Positions 1 through 9,671 are shown, counted from the stretch's first letter. The stretch is DNA of 64,000 bases from Patescibacteria group bacterium (GCA_038062955.1 JBBTWE010000001.1:182304-246303), one strand, 5' to 3'. Notes: generated by a model not told the origin, from the letters alone. A program made the numbers and translations.

Positions 1-1795
1 CCCCAATTTTTTGGAGCTCTGTAGATAAGCTTTCGGTAGCTTTTTTTGCAGAAGCAATATCCGTTCCATCTTTTTCTTTTTTGAGGACGGTAATTTTTTC
101 TTCGATATTTTTCTTCAAATCTTCAGGGATTTTTCCTTCAGCGTCTTTAAGAGCTTTCTCGGCAGTGTATATAAGTTGTTCTGCGAGATTTCTGACCTCG
201 ATCATTTCTTTTTTCTTTTTATCTTCATCAGCGTGAAGCTCGGCCTCCTTTTTCATCTTCTCAATTTCTTCTGGAGAAAGTCCTGAACGAGCTTCAATTT
301 TTATCGATTGAACTTTGCCGGTTGTCTTTTCTTTGGCACTCACATTCAAAACCCCGTTTCGATCAATATCGAAAGTTACTTCCACTTGTGGCATTCCACG
401 TTGTGCTGGAGGAATTCCATCCAAAATAAATCTTCCCAAACTTTTATTATCAGAGGCCATCGGTCGTTCTCCTTGGACAATATGAATCTCTACTGATGTT
501 TGGTTATCAGCGGCAGTTGAGAACACTTGTGACTTCGAAGCCGGGATCGCCATATTTTTTTCAATAAGTTTTGTGGCAACACCACCCAAAGTTTCAATTC
601 CGAGCGAGAGCGGAATAACGTCGAGGAGCAGAACATCTTTGACGTCTCCAGAGAGCACTGCGCCTTGAATTGCCGCACCTAGTGCCACAACCTCATCAGG
701 ATTGATTGATTGATTTGGTACTTTACCAAAGAGCTCTTTCACTCTTTCAACAATTTTTGGCATTCTGGTTTGTCCTCCAACCAAAATCACTTCGTCAATC
801 TCTGACATTTTGAAAGGAGAAGCCTCAACAGCCCTTTTAGCAATCTCAATTGATTTGTCGATGAATTCTTTTGCCAAGTCTTCGAGAGAAGCTCGAGTCA
901 TTTTTATAAGAAGATGTCTTGGTCCGGAAGAATCCGAAGTGATGAAAGGAATGTTAACTTCCGTTTCAGTCGCGGTTGAAAGTTCGATTTTGGCTTTTTC
1001 TGCCGCCTCATCAAGTCTTTGAAGAGCAAGCTTGTCTTTTGTTATATCAATTCCCGATTCTTTCTTAAATTCACTTGCAAGCCACTTTATGATTTTCTGA
1101 TCGATGTCTTTTCCGCCCATGTGGCTATCTCCGTCAGTCGATTTAACTTCTATAGTTGATTCTGTCGCATCATCCCCTATCTCGAGTACTGAAATATCAA
1201 AAGTCCCACCTCCAAAATCGTAGACGGCGATTTTCTCGTTCTTTTTTTTGTCGAATCCGTAAGCGAGCGCAGCGGCTGTCGGTTCATTTATGATTCTCTT
1301 TACGTCGAGGCCTGCGATTTTTCCTGCCGCTTGAGTTGCTTTTCTTTGGTTATCATCAAAATATGCTGGAACAGTAATAACAGCTTCGGTAATTTTTTCT
1401 CCTAATTTTGCTTCAGCGTCAGCTTTGATTTTACTTAGAATCATGGCCGAAATTTCTTCAGCGCTATGATTTTTATTTCCCATCTTTACTTCTACTCCGC
1501 CGGTTTTGGATTCCACAATTTCATAAGGAACTGTTGCACGGTCTTTTTGCACCATTGGATCAGAAAAACTGTGACCAATAAATCTTTTTATGACAAAAAC
1601 AGTGTTAGTAGGATTCGTAACGGCCTGTCGTTTTGCAAGGAGTCCTACAAGTCTTTCTCCGGTTTTTGAGATTGCCACAATAGAAGGGGTGGTTCTCGCA
1701 CCTTCGCTGTTTTCCAGAATCTTTGGTGTGCCGGCTTCCATTATTGCCACCGCAGAGTTTGTTGTTCCTAGATCGATACCAATAATTTTAGACAT
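1..1795 (-). CDS. dnaK: Chaperone DnaK (Hsp70); 3' end runs off the window
   Basis: Manual translation from ATG 1795 gives [20 protein letters not shown], with later motifs [18 protein letters not shown] and [10 protein letters not shown]. Absent from the ORF track because the stop is outside the window. Confidence 0.97.
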   Translation of the reverse strand, partial: MSKIIGIDLGTTNSAVAIMEAGTPKILENSEGARTTPSIVAISKTGERLVGLLAKRQAVTNPTNTVFVIKRFIGHSFSDPMVQKDRATVPYEIVESKTGGVEVKMGNKNHSAEEISAMILSKIKADAEAKLGEKITEAVITVPAYFDDNQRKATQAAGKIAGLDVKRIINEPTAAALAYGFDKKKNEKIAVYDFGGGTFDISVLEIGDDATESTIEVKSTDGDSHMGGKDIDQKIIKWLASEFKKESGIDITKDKLALQRLDEAAEKAKIELSTATETEVNIPFITSDSSGPRHLLIKMTRASLEDLAKEFIDKSIEIAKRAVEASPFKMSEIDEVILVGGQTRMPKIVERVKELFGKVPNQSINPDEVVALGAAIQGAVLSGDVKDVLLLDVIPLSLGIETLGGVATKLIEKNMAIPASKSQVFSTAADNQTSVEIHIVQGERPMASDNKSLGRFILDGIPPAQRGMPQVEVTFDIDRNGVLNVSAKEKTTGKVQSIKIEARSGLSPEEIEKMKKEAELHADEDKKKKEMIEVRNLAEQLIYTAEKALKDAEGKIPEDLKKNIEEKITVLKKEKDGTDIASAKKATESLSTELQKIG

Positions 1796-1804
1796 AGTGT
1801 TTAT

Positions 1805-1923
1805 AAATTCCATATTTGGCGCATACCTTTGTTACTTCGCTCCGAGCCTCCCTCACCGTATTAGTACATACGGCTCGGTACGGTTCTCGCTCGCGCCTCG
1901 GTCTGCATCCAAATCTGAAATTT
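1805..1923. repeat. Structured palindromic element in the dnaK 5' region (related copy at 21733-21852)
   Basis: Terminal inverted repeat AAATTCCATATTTGG/CCAAATCTGAAATTT and an inner CCGTAT-tagtac-ATACGG hairpin; GC-rich inside an AT-rich spacer. Confidence 0.7.
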
Positions 1924-2006
1924 CTAAGTTTATTTTTTATAGTTATAAGGTTATTTTGTTATTTTATATTATTGCGTTCGGTTAAATCAAGTCCATTGTT
2001 TTATTC

Positions 2007-2042
2007 TTGAATCCTGAATCCTGAATCTTGTTTCTTGAATCT
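2007..2042. repeat. Heptamer tandem repeat (TGAATCC/T)n
   Basis: cttgaatcctgaatcctgaatcttgtttcttgaatct lies just after the grpE stop. Confidence 0.7.
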
Positions 2043-2043
2043 A

Positions 2044-2631
2044 TTAATCTTTGTACTCAAAGATCTTCACCTTTGCTGGTCGGATAGGTCGCTCATACAG
2101 AGTATATCCTTTTTGTGTTACGGAAATAATCTTGTGATCTTCCTCTTTTTTTGTTGTTGGAGTCGTTTCTAAGATTTCGTGCATTTCTGAATTAAACACT
2201 TGACCCTCGGGTGATAATTGTTTAACTCCAGCGCCCTCAAGTGTCCGGAGAAGCTGTGAATATATATGCTCTATGCCAAGACGCCAATTCTTTGAAACAC
2301 TCTCCCATGCTTCTTTGTTTGAAAAGGCCATATCGAAGCTATCTAAAACAGGAATGATATCGAGGATTAAATTTTGATTGGCGAATTTGATGATTTGTTT
2401 GGTGTCTTCTGAATTCTTTCTTGTTGTATTTACAAAATCTGCTTTTACTCGGTGTAAATCATCCAGATACTTATTTTTTACAGCCTCTGCTTCTTTTAAC
2501 TTTTCCCGAAGCTTAGCGATTGTTTTTTTGGGATCCGAAGCGAGAGAACCTTCTTCTGTTTCTTCAAACGAAACATCATCAACCTTTGTTTCTTCTTCGT
2601 TTAATTTATTTTCTTTGTTTTTTTCTTCCAT
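2044..2631 (-). CDS. grpE: Nucleotide exchange factor GrpE
   Basis: Motifs ADFVN, IIPVLDSF and QKGYTLYERPIRPAKV; adjacent to dnaK. Start MEEK is preferred because TGCTATAAT overlaps the longer start at 2643. Confidence 0.95.
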   Translation of the reverse strand: MEEKNKENKLNEEETKVDDVSFEETEEGSLASDPKKTIAKLREKLKEAEAVKNKYLDDLHRVKADFVNTTRKNSEDTKQIIKFANQNLILDIIPVLDSFDMAFSNKEAWESVSKNWRLGIEHIYSQLLRTLEGAGVKQLSPEGQVFNSEMHEILETTPTTKKEEDHKIISVTQKGYTLYERPIRPAKVKIFEYKD

Positions 2632-2715
2632 AAGTAAAACCATTATAGCACATAATTAAACTTAACAAAAGCAGAAATAGCAAATGCATAGTTTCTTTAT
2701 AAAATTAACGAAAAT

Positions 2716-2745
2716 AAAAAAAGGCACCGTCGTGAGAACGGTGCC
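2716..2745 (-). terminator. Intrinsic terminator of the GC-rich unit 2791-3339
   Basis: GGCACCGT/ACGGTGCC stem followed by T7 on the minus strand. Confidence 0.85.
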
Positions 2746-2790
2746 AGTTGTGACAACACTTGAGAGGTGGCTGTCTAACCTTCGAGCGAA

Positions 2791-3339
2791 CTATCGCTCG
2801 AGATCGAAGTACTTGGCGGGAGCAAGCGAGATGTACTCGAGACCGAAATCATCGGGATGCTTAACGCCCACCTCCATGTCGTAGCCGTGTCCGATGCTGA
2901 CCACAACGTGCGGCTCGCCTTCCCATTCCACGATGAGCGGGTAGCAGATTTCCTTACCTCGCAGTTGGTCCAAGATCTTCTCTGGTGGAGGAGGAGATCC
3001 GCAACTGGGATCGAATCTGATGACCGGAATCTTGAAGGTTGATTCCAGATCGAGAATGTTCCACCAGAACCGTGAATCGTATTCGGCAGCATCCTCATAC
3101 TCCTTTGCAGACTTCTCGCGAGCGAGCTTCTCGATGAGAGTCCTCGGCACACGCCACGGGCTATCCACAATCACCTGGGCGAGCTTCGTGACGATGTCCT
3201 TGCCCCGCTCGCTGGTGAGGAAGTGAAGCATCTCTTCGAAGCCTCCCAACCTCACGATCTCGTTCACGAGAGCCTGAATGAAGACCATCGCCATGCCGAG
3301 ACCCGACACGAGCGACGACGACGAATTCTTGCTTGCCAT
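2791..3339 (-). CDS. Hypothetical protein, GC-rich stand-alone unit
   Basis: 182 aa ORF with a GAGGAG SD, its own promoter and terminator, and G/C-ending codons. Confidence 0.8.
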   Translation of the reverse strand: MASKNSSSSLVSGLGMAMVFIQALVNEIVRLGGFEEMLHFLTSERGKDIVTKLAQVIVDSPWRVPRTLIEKLAREKSAKEYEDAAEYDSRFWWNILDLESTFKIPVIRFDPSCGSPPPPEKILDQLRGKEICYPLIVEWEGEPHVVVSIGHGYDMEVGVKHPDDFGLEYISLAPAKYFDLER

Positions 3340-3429
3340 GACGGCTACTACTCCTCTTCAGATCCATGACTTATCCATCCTGTTCACAAAATGCGAACGC
3401 TCGGACTTGCCTAGAATCTTCTGGCTACT

Positions 3430-3457
3430 AGTGTAACATAAGACAGATAAAAGTCAA
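3430..3457 (-). promoter_or_regulatory. sigma70-type promoter for the 2791-3339 unit
   Basis: TTGACT-16 nt-TACACT on the minus strand. Confidence 0.7.
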
Positions 3458-3477
3458 GACTAGTTAATCGGGATACT

Positions 3478-3504
3478 AAAAAAGCCCTTGATAAGGGCTT
3501 TTTT
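3478..3504. terminator. Bidirectional terminator after rpsI
   Basis: AAAAAAGCCCTT-gat-AAGGGCTTTTTT. Confidence 0.85.
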
Positions 3505-3531
3505 GGGTTGAAATTTCCTTCCAAACACTCT

Positions 3532-3981
3532 TTATCGTTTAGACCATTGAGGGGCCTTGCGGGCCTTCTTGAGACCGAATTTTCTTCTTTCTTTTGCTCT
3601 AGGATCACGTTTGATAAATCCAGCTTGTTTAAGTTTCTTTCGTAGTTCAGAGTCAAATATCATTAATGCTCTTGAAATTCCGTGACGCATTGCGCCAGCT
3701 TGAGAACTGATACCACCTCCTTTTAAAAGTACTGTAACTTTAAATTTCTTAGTTACTTTTGATTTGACCATCGGTTCTTTGACGGTCATGCGCAAAGTTT
3801 CTGTTGGAAAATAAGCTTCGATATCTTTATCGTTTATTGTAAAAGAATTTTTTGGAGCTTCAAACATTCTGACTCTGGCGATAGAAGTCTTTCTTCGTCC
3901 GACAGCTTCAAAATAAGTCTCTTTGCTAGACTTTTTTTCTTCCGTTTTTTCTGTTTTTGCTTTAACTATCATATGTTTCAA
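3532..3981 (-). CDS. rpsI: 30S ribosomal protein S9
   Basis: GRRKTSIARV and the C-terminal ERRKFGLKKARKAPQWSKR. Confidence 0.97.
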   Translation of the reverse strand: MKHMIVKAKTEKTEEKKSSKETYFEAVGRRKTSIARVRMFEAPKNSFTINDKDIEAYFPTETLRMTVKEPMVKSKVTKKFKVTVLLKGGGISSQAGAMRHGISRALMIFDSELRKKLKQAGFIKRDPRAKERRKFGLKKARKAPQWSKR

Positions 3982-3999
3982 TCTTATATTTTTTTATTC

Positions 4000-4019
4000 C
4001 CTGCCTGCCGGCAGGCAGG
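4000..4019. repeat. 20-bp perfect palindrome CCTGCCTGCCGGCAGGCAGG (REP-like)
   Basis: Identical copy at 35143-35162; variants at 7978, 11003 and 44331. Confidence 0.85.
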
Positions 4020-4032
4020 TTGGATCTTGAAT

Positions 4033-4377
4033 CTACTCGCTCACTTCTAAATTTTTTATCATTTTTGCTCGAAGTTTATTTTTTGGAAGCATTCCGTAAA
4101 CAGCAGTTTTAAGAACATCTTTGTATCCTTTTCTGTTGACCACATTGTCCATTCCTTCAGTTCTGATACCGCCAGGGTAGCCAGTGTATCTCACATACTT
4201 TTTTGTGGTGAGCTTTTTCTCATCAATATCCATTTTTGAAGCATTGGTAACAGTAACTTCGGCATCGGCAATTCTTTCTCTCCTGAATTCTGGTGTATTT
4301 TTGCCCATCAAAATAACTGCGATTTCTGTCGCGAGTCTTCCGAGTTTTTTATTTTTTGCGTCAATTGTGTATTTCAT
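4033..4377 (-). CDS. rplM: 50S ribosomal protein L13
   Basis: LGRLATEIA, YTGYPGG and AVYGMLPKNKL. Confidence 0.97.
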   Translation of the reverse strand: MKYTIDAKNKKLGRLATEIAVILMGKNTPEFRRERIADAEVTVTNASKMDIDEKKLTTKKYVRYTGYPGGIRTEGMDNVVNRKGYKDVLKTAVYGMLPKNKLRAKMIKNLEVSE

Positions 4378-4450
4378 CTTCTTTGTTCGAGGTGTTATCT
4401 TACTTGTTCTTCCTCTTTACGTCAATTCTTTACCTAATTTCTAGCTCTAT

Positions 4451-4798
4451 CTACACCATTTCTATCACAGCTATCTTACTTCCATCACTTACTCTCCTTG
4501 GTACCTTGGTAATTCGGAGGTACCCGCCCTTCCTCTCTTTGTATTTTGGACCAATAACTTCCATAAGTTTCTTTGCTCCATCCATGCCGATCTTGCTAAT
4601 TAGAAGTTTTCTTGAAGAAAGTGTTCCAATCTTAGATTGAGTTATGAGTTTCTCTACATATGGTCGTAAGGACTTTGCTTTGGCTTCAGTGGTTTTTATT
4701 CTTTCTTTCAAAACCAAAGAACGAGCGAGTCCTGCAAGCAAGGCTCTTCGCTGGTTTCTTTCCCTATTAAATTTTCTAAGTTTATTTCCGTGTATCAT
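4451..4798 (-). CDS. rplQ: 50S ribosomal protein L17
   Basis: IKTTEAKAK and GGYLRITK; follows rpoA. Confidence 0.97.
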   Translation of the reverse strand: MIHGNKLRKFNRERNQRRALLAGLARSLVLKERIKTTEAKAKSLRPYVEKLITQSKIGTLSSRKLLISKIGMDGAKKLMEVIGPKYKERKGGYLRITKVPRRVSDGSKIAVIEMV

Positions 4799-4817
4799 AT
4801 TTTAGTTAATTAGGTGT

Positions 4818-4874
4818 TTAGAGGGATTAGAGGAATTAGGAAATCCTAATCACTCTAAATCTTCTAATTTCTCT
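4818..4874. repeat. Inverted 9-mer array between rpoA and rplQ
   Basis: ttagaggga/ttagaggaa/ttagg followed by cctaat/cactctaaa/tcttctaa/tttctcta. Confidence 0.55.
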
Positions 4875-5847
4875 ATTCTACTAGGGTGATGCCGTACTTA
4901 CCCAATGCTTTTTTTATCTCTCCAATTCCCTTGTTTCCCAATCCGTTAATTTCTAGAAGATCGCTTTCTTTTTTAAGAGCTAATCCTCCCAAGGTTCTTA
5001 TGTTTTCTCCAGAAAGGGCATTCATTGTTCGGGTGGAAAGATTTAAAGATTCAATTCTGGTCTTCAAAGCATCATTATCAACTACAGTCTCCTTTTCTTC
5101 TTCCACTTTTTTGCTCTTTTTCTTGTCTTCCACAGCACTTTCTTCTTTTGCCTCCTTTTGGAAACCAACTATAGAATTAAGTTGGTTTATCATTATCTCG
5201 ATAGATTTCTCGAGAGATTCTTTAGGAGTTATTGTTCCATCAGTTTCGATAAAAATTCGAAGTCTGTTGAAGTCCGTTCTATCGCCGACTCGCATATTTT
5301 CAACCTCATAATTTACTCTTCGAATTGGAGCAAATATTGCGTCTAAGGCAATTGTGCCAATATCCACTTTATCTTTTTGAAGCACTTCTTTTGAAACGTA
5401 GCCCAATCCTCTTTCGATGCTCATTTCAATATCAAGGACGGTGTTTTTGCCGGTAACTGTAGCTATCGCTAGATCAGGATTTGTTATCTGTAATTGGCCT
5501 GGGAGCTTTATATCCGAAGCTTTTACTTCTTGAGGACCTTTTACTTTGAGTCTGATTGTTTGAGGTTCGTCAGTGAGTGCCTTTATTCTAATCTTTTTTA
5601 AGTTGAGAATAATTGTTATAACATCTTCTTTTACACCCTCCATTGTTGAAAACTCGTGGTTAACCCCCGCAATTTTGACTGAAGTTATAGCAACACCAGG
5701 CAAAGAAGACAAAATAATCCTTCTTAGTGAATTTCCCAAAGTGTGTCCATATCCAGGATATAGACCATCAATCTCGTAAGATGCTGAAAAACCATCTTCT
5801 GATATAACCTTTGGTTTTGTTGGTAAAACTATGTCGTGATAAATCAT
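4873..5847 (-). CDS. rpoA: RNA polymerase subunit alpha
   Basis: GYGHTLGNSLRRIILSSLPG, HEFSTMEGVKED and an alpha-CTD (LNLSTRTMNAL). Confidence 0.98.
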   Translation of the reverse strand: MIYHDIVLPTKPKVISEDGFSASYEIDGLYPGYGHTLGNSLRRIILSSLPGVAITSVKIAGVNHEFSTMEGVKEDVITIILNLKKIRIKALTDEPQTIRLKVKGPQEVKASDIKLPGQLQITNPDLAIATVTGKNTVLDIEMSIERGLGYVSKEVLQKDKVDIGTIALDAIFAPIRRVNYEVENMRVGDRTDFNRLRIFIETDGTITPKESLEKSIEIMINQLNSIVGFQKEAKEESAVEDKKKSKKVEEEKETVVDNDALKTRIESLNLSTRTMNALSGENIRTLGGLALKKESDLLEINGLGNKGIGEIKKALGKYGITLVE

Positions 5848-5877
5848 ATCTATAAATTTATAAAATATTAAAATTTT

Positions 5878-6498
5878 TTATCTACTATAAAATTCTAGCA
5901 CCACGTCCAGATCATAAAGCACATTATTCATTTTTTCTAAAGTCGGCACACTCAAAAAAGCACCTTCTTTTTTCTCACTATTAAATTTTATCCAATGTGG
6001 CAGAGTTATGCCTTTAAGTCTTTCGTCTAGAGTTTTGAAAAGTCCTTTCTTTTGGCTTCCAATTCTTATACCAATCTTTTCTCCGATTTTCACACTATAT
6101 GAAGGGATGGTCATCTTTCGGCCATCTATTGTGATGTGTCCATGGGACACGAATTGTCTAGCGGCGGAACGAGTTCCCGCAAAACCAAGTCTAAAGATCG
6201 CGCTATCGAGACGGCTTTCAAGGAGGCTAAATAGAAAATCAGATTTGTTTTTGTTTTGAGATTCTAACGCTTTTTTTACATAATTTGAAAATTGCTTTTC
6301 GCTCAAAAGATAAGTGTATCTTGCTTTCTGCTTCTCTTTCATTTGAATACCATAGTCTGTGACTTGAGACATATGTTTCTTTGTCGAACGAGCGTTGGCT
6401 TTTCTGGCAAGGGATAGGGTATATTTTTGAGTTTGGGTTTTCTCAAAAACTGGAGCTCCTAATCTTCTTGCTATTTTGTATTTTGGACCTATCTTCAT
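5878..6498 (-). CDS. rpsD: 30S ribosomal protein S4
   Basis: LESRLDSAIFRLGFA and ARQFVSHGHI. Confidence 0.98.
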   Translation of the reverse strand: MKIGPKYKIARRLGAPVFEKTQTQKYTLSLARKANARSTKKHMSQVTDYGIQMKEKQKARYTYLLSEKQFSNYVKKALESQNKNKSDFLFSLLESRLDSAIFRLGFAGTRSAARQFVSHGHITIDGRKMTIPSYSVKIGEKIGIRIGSQKKGLFKTLDERLKGITLPHWIKFNSEKKEGAFLSVPTLEKMNNVLYDLDVVLEFYSR

Positions 6499-6500
6499 AG

Positions 6501-6595
6501 ATTTAAGATTTACGATTTAAGATGTATGATTTCAATTAATTTGATGATACAGGAAGTGATTTAAAATCTTAAATCTTACATCCTATATCTGAAAT
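6501..6595. repeat. Inverted heptamer array (ATTTAAG)n...(AAATCTT)n
   Basis: Four or more forward units, then four or more reverse-complement units, between rpsK and rpsD. Confidence 0.8.
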
Positions 6596-6598
6596 TGT

Positions 6599-7030
6599 TT
6601 AAACTCTTCTTGGTTTGGGAGCCTTTGGACCATTGTGCGGAATTGGTGTTTTATCTTTTATGAAACTCAAATTTATACCACGCGCAACAAATCCTCTTAT
6701 AGCAGACTCACGTCCTGAACCGACACCCTTTACGATTACTCCGACCTCTTTGATTCCCATTCCTTGAGCTTTTAAGGCCAAAGTTTCTCCAATTTTTGCT
6801 GCCGCAAACGGTGTACCTTTCTTGGCTCCTTTAAAACCTAATGCCCCGCTTGAAGATGCACAAAGAAGATTGCCTTTTCCGTCAGTTAAGGCCAATTTGG
6901 TGTTGTTGTATGTAGATTGAACATGAAGAATTCCGTAATCAACGTTTTTCTTTGAAACGCTAATTTCCTTGGTTGCTACACCGTTTTTTTCTTCAGTATC
7001 TGATTTTTTTACTATTCTTTTTTTACCCAT
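6599..7030 (-). CDS. rpsK: 30S ribosomal protein S11
   Basis: STYNNT, KGTPFAA and DKTPIPHNG. Confidence 0.98.
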   Translation of the reverse strand: MGKKRIVKKSDTEEKNGVATKEISVSKKNVDYGILHVQSTYNNTKLALTDGKGNLLCASSSGALGFKGAKKGTPFAAAKIGETLALKAQGMGIKEVGVIVKGVGSGRESAIRGFVARGINLSFIKDKTPIPHNGPKAPKPRRV

Positions 7031-7036
7031 AAAATA

Positions 7037-7103
7037 AATTTAAGATTTCTGATTTCAGATATGAGATTTAAAATCATAAATCATATATCTGAAATCTTAG
7101 ATT
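7037..7103. repeat. Inverted heptamer array
   Basis: atttaag atttctg atttcag atatgag / aaatcat aaatcat atatctg aaatctt, between rpsM and rpsK. Confidence 0.8.
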
Positions 7104-7105
7104 AC

Positions 7106-7486
7106 TTACTTCTTATCTACTGCTCTTTTTCCGCTACCCATGGTCTTTCTGACGTTTCCTCTTCTGGTTCTGGAATTGGTTTTTGTCCTCTGCCCTCTTA
7201 CTGGTAAACTTTTCATGTGTCGAAGTCCTCTGTAAGCCTTTATGTCTTTGAGTCTCTTTATGTTACCGGCCACCTCTCTTTTTAAGTCCCCTTCCAATTT
7301 GTAAATCTCAATAGATTTTCTTATTTTATTTTCTTCTTCTCCAGTCAGTTCTTTAGATTTTTTTCCGAAGTCCACTCCAGCTTCTTTTAAAACCTTTTGG
7401 GCGCGAGCGCGGCCAATACCATAAACAGCCGTCAAGCCGATTTCAAGTCTTTTTTCATCTGGGATGTTGATGCCTAGTATTCTCAT
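7106..7486 (-). CDS. rpsM: 30S ribosomal protein S13
   Basis: LTAVYGIG, YRGLRH and LPVRGQRTKTNSRT. Confidence 0.98.
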   Translation of the reverse strand: MRILGINIPDEKRLEIGLTAVYGIGRARAQKVLKEAGVDFGKKSKELTGEEENKIRKSIEIYKLEGDLKREVAGNIKRLKDIKAYRGLRHMKSLPVRGQRTKTNSRTRRGNVRKTMGSGKRAVDKK

Positions 7487-7505
7487 TGAATTTAAGATTT
7501 ATGAT

Positions 7506-7622
7506 TTATCCTTGTCTTTGTTTGTGTCTGGGATTACTTTTGCAAATCACATGAACACGCCCACGACGCCTTACCGTTTGGCATTTAGGACATATTTTTT
7601 TTACTGCGGCTCTGACCTTCAT
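7506..7622 (-). CDS. rpmJ: 50S ribosomal protein L36
   Basis: Manual translation [38 protein letters not shown] (38 aa, below the ORF-track cutoff). Confidence 0.97.
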   Translation of the reverse strand: MKVRAAVKKICPKCQTVRRRGRVHVICKSNPRHKQRQG

Positions 7623-7625
7623 ATG

Positions 7626-7690
7626 ATTTAAGATTTATGATTTACGATATAAGATTTAAATCTCAAATCATATATCTAAAATCTTAGATT
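7626..7690. repeat. Inverted heptamer array
   Basis: gatttaa gatttat gatttac gatataa / aaatctc aaatcat atatcta aaatctt, between infA and rpmJ. Confidence 0.8.
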
Positions 7691-7692
7691 AT

Positions 7693-7911
7693 TTAAACTC
7701 TTTTAATTATTCTTCCTTTACCACCATAAGGCTCAAGCTCAACGATAACCTTGTCTCCAACCAACACCTTTATTCGGTAAAGCCTCATTTTACCTGATAA
7801 ATAGGCCAGCAATTCTTCTTTCTGGTTATCAATTTTGAGTTTAAATAAAGTATTAGGCAAAGCCTCAACTACAATGCCGTTAACGCTTTCTTTTGCCTTT
7901 TGGGTGGTCAT
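7693..7911 (-). CDS. infA: Translation initiation factor IF-1
   Basis: GIVVEALPNTLF and LSGKMRLYRIKVLVGDKV; start MTTQK. Confidence 0.96.
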   Translation of the reverse strand: MTTQKAKESVNGIVVEALPNTLFKLKIDNQKEELLAYLSGKMRLYRIKVLVGDKVIVELEPYGGKGRIIKRV

Positions 7912-7967
7912 TAACTTTTTAAAAACAAGTGCTAGCCATACTAACAAAAAAAGCCCTAATTAGTCAA

Positions 7968-8054
7968 CCCCGTAGTACCTACCTACCGGCAAGGCAAGGA
8001 TTTTGGCATAGCAACTTCGTTGCGGGAGCAACAATGCCAAAATTCACTACGGGG
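7968..8054. mobile_element. Miniature inverted-repeat element (CCCCGTAGT...ACTACGGGG) with a nested REP-like palindrome
   Basis: Terminal inverted repeats, with TCAA duplicated on both sides. It sits at the TTGACT -35 box of the infA promoter. Confidence 0.75.
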
Positions 8055-8086
8055 TCAACCCAAATCCTGCGGGATCAAATTATATT

Positions 8087-9373
8087 CTAATTTGCCCCTG
8101 AAGATTTTTCTATCTTTATATTTTCTGGTTTTTTTGGAAAATTTCTTTTCCAAAATGGTTTAATTGAAGAAACAGCTTCTTGTATTGCGCCAAAATTAGA
8201 AAGAATTAGGGTTAATTCAGATTTTGAATGACCAGCTATTGCCGTCTTTAATGCTTCCTCGTCCAGATTCCATATAAGTCTTGCTTTGCCTTTTAATTTA
8301 AAATCAAAAGATTTTAAATTTTGCATATCTTTTATTTCTTCAAACTCAAAAGTTAGAGTTTCAATATTGGAAACTGTTATATCTTCTTCTGGGGTTTCTG
8401 AAACTTTTCCGATGATTGCTTTTTCTATAGATTTTCGGCTTAGAATTATTCCTGAAGCTGTTATTTTTTCTCGAACCTCAACTAAGTTCCCTGTATTTTT
8501 TTGTGGTAAAGATTCAAAATTAGTTTTCAAACTTTGTGGAATTAAAATAAAGTTTTCTGGCACTTCAGTAATAACACTGTCTCTGATTGTTGAACTCAAA
8601 GAATTTTGAAGCTCGAGAGTGGCGCTTCCTAGTGCTTTTTCATCAACCACTTTAACTTTTCCGATCAGACCACCAGTCATTGGTGTAGATGATCTTGCAA
8701 AAATGGTACTAAATTGTGGTTTTCCTTTAAAGCCTGGAACTGTAAAATCAGTTAAGGCAACATTGTATTCTTCTCCAGGGAAATCGGCGTAAACCTTCAC
8801 TTTTAATTGTCCTGGGATCACCTCTCCTTCTTTTTTAGTAAAGCCCGGTACTGTGATTGATTCTCTAATTCTATAAATCAAGCCTAAAGGAGTTTCAAAT
8901 CGTGTATTTGTGATTAAAGTTTGTGGTTTTTCACTGTATTTATTGAATATAACAATCTCCCCGCTGGCTTTTCTTTCTACTTCTTCCTCTCCAGACGCAG
9001 TTAATTCTTTGCTCAATTCTTTTGAAACACTAATTATTTCAAAAGGAATACCAGTTTTGGTGCTAACCTTGCTTCCTGTAAAAGTTCCATCAAAATCATG
9101 CGTCGCTTCTTTTATTGTAACTTTGATAAGAGCGCTGTTTACAGTGAATGACCACAGGACAAAGAATAATAAAATAAATCCTATGATCCAAAGGACTGGC
9201 CGCATTTTTTTCTTTCGTGGCATTTCCGGCAAAATATCTTCTTCCGGAGTATCTTCTGTCACTTCTTCAATCTGTCGTATAGGAACTCGTTTTGAAGATA
9301 ACGGTATATTTCTTATGCTCCGATTTTCTGGCGGCAGAATATCTCTCACTACTTGTTTAGAGTTATTGTTCAT
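8087..9373 (-). CDS. Membrane-anchored hypothetical protein (baseplate J-like CPR family)
   Basis: One N-terminal TM helix; motifs ASGEIVIFN, TRFETPLG, GEEYNV and FTVPGF. Family assignment is from recall. Confidence 0.7.
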   Translation of the reverse strand: MNNNSKQVVRDILPPENRSIRNIPLSSKRVPIRQIEEVTEDTPEEDILPEMPRKKKMRPVLWIIGFILLFFVLWSFTVNSALIKVTIKEATHDFDGTFTGSKVSTKTGIPFEIISVSKELSKELTASGEEEVERKASGEIVIFNKYSEKPQTLITNTRFETPLGLIYRIRESITVPGFTKKEGEVIPGQLKVKVYADFPGEEYNVALTDFTVPGFKGKPQFSTIFARSSTPMTGGLIGKVKVVDEKALGSATLELQNSLSSTIRDSVITEVPENFILIPQSLKTNFESLPQKNTGNLVEVREKITASGIILSRKSIEKAIIGKVSETPEEDITVSNIETLTFEFEEIKDMQNLKSFDFKLKGKARLIWNLDEEALKTAIAGHSKSELTLILSNFGAIQEAVSSIKPFWKRNFPKKPENIKIEKSSGAN

Positions 9374-9452
9374 TAGCCTTATTTTATAAGATTAAACACT
9401 TTTTGTGAAGCTCTTCTCCGGAGTGGATAACTATTTAAATAGTTAAATAGTT

Positions 9453-9671
9453 TTATAATTTTTCGATTTCTTTTAAATCTCCATCTGGTAGATATAAAAT
9501 AATTAACCCGATAAAGATTCCTCCAACAGCGGTCCAAATATGACTGCTGTTAAAAATCAATATATCGAACTCATCTAACACATACCAAATTCCGCGCCAA
9601 ATCAAAACCAAACCAATGACGATAGAGATATCTTTGGCGAGAGATCGAATAGTCACTTTATTTTCTGGCAT
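9453..9671 (-). CDS. Small membrane protein
   Basis: 72 aa with two hydrophobic helices (IWRGIW motif). Confidence 0.75.
   Translation of the reverse strand: MPENKVTIRSLAKDISIVIGLVLIWRGIWYVLDEFDILIFNSSHIWTAVGGIFIGLIILYLPDGDLKEIEKL

Noticed and set aside
6501-7690. Heptamer arrays or other repeats as a CRISPR array
   Set aside because: There are no constant 23-47 bp repeats with unique spacers and no cas genes. The PD-(D/E)XK nuclease at 15033 has no Cas context.
8087-9373. Baseplate J-like protein as evidence of a prophage
   Set aside because: No other phage genes are nearby; the protein is membrane-anchored with host-like codon usage.
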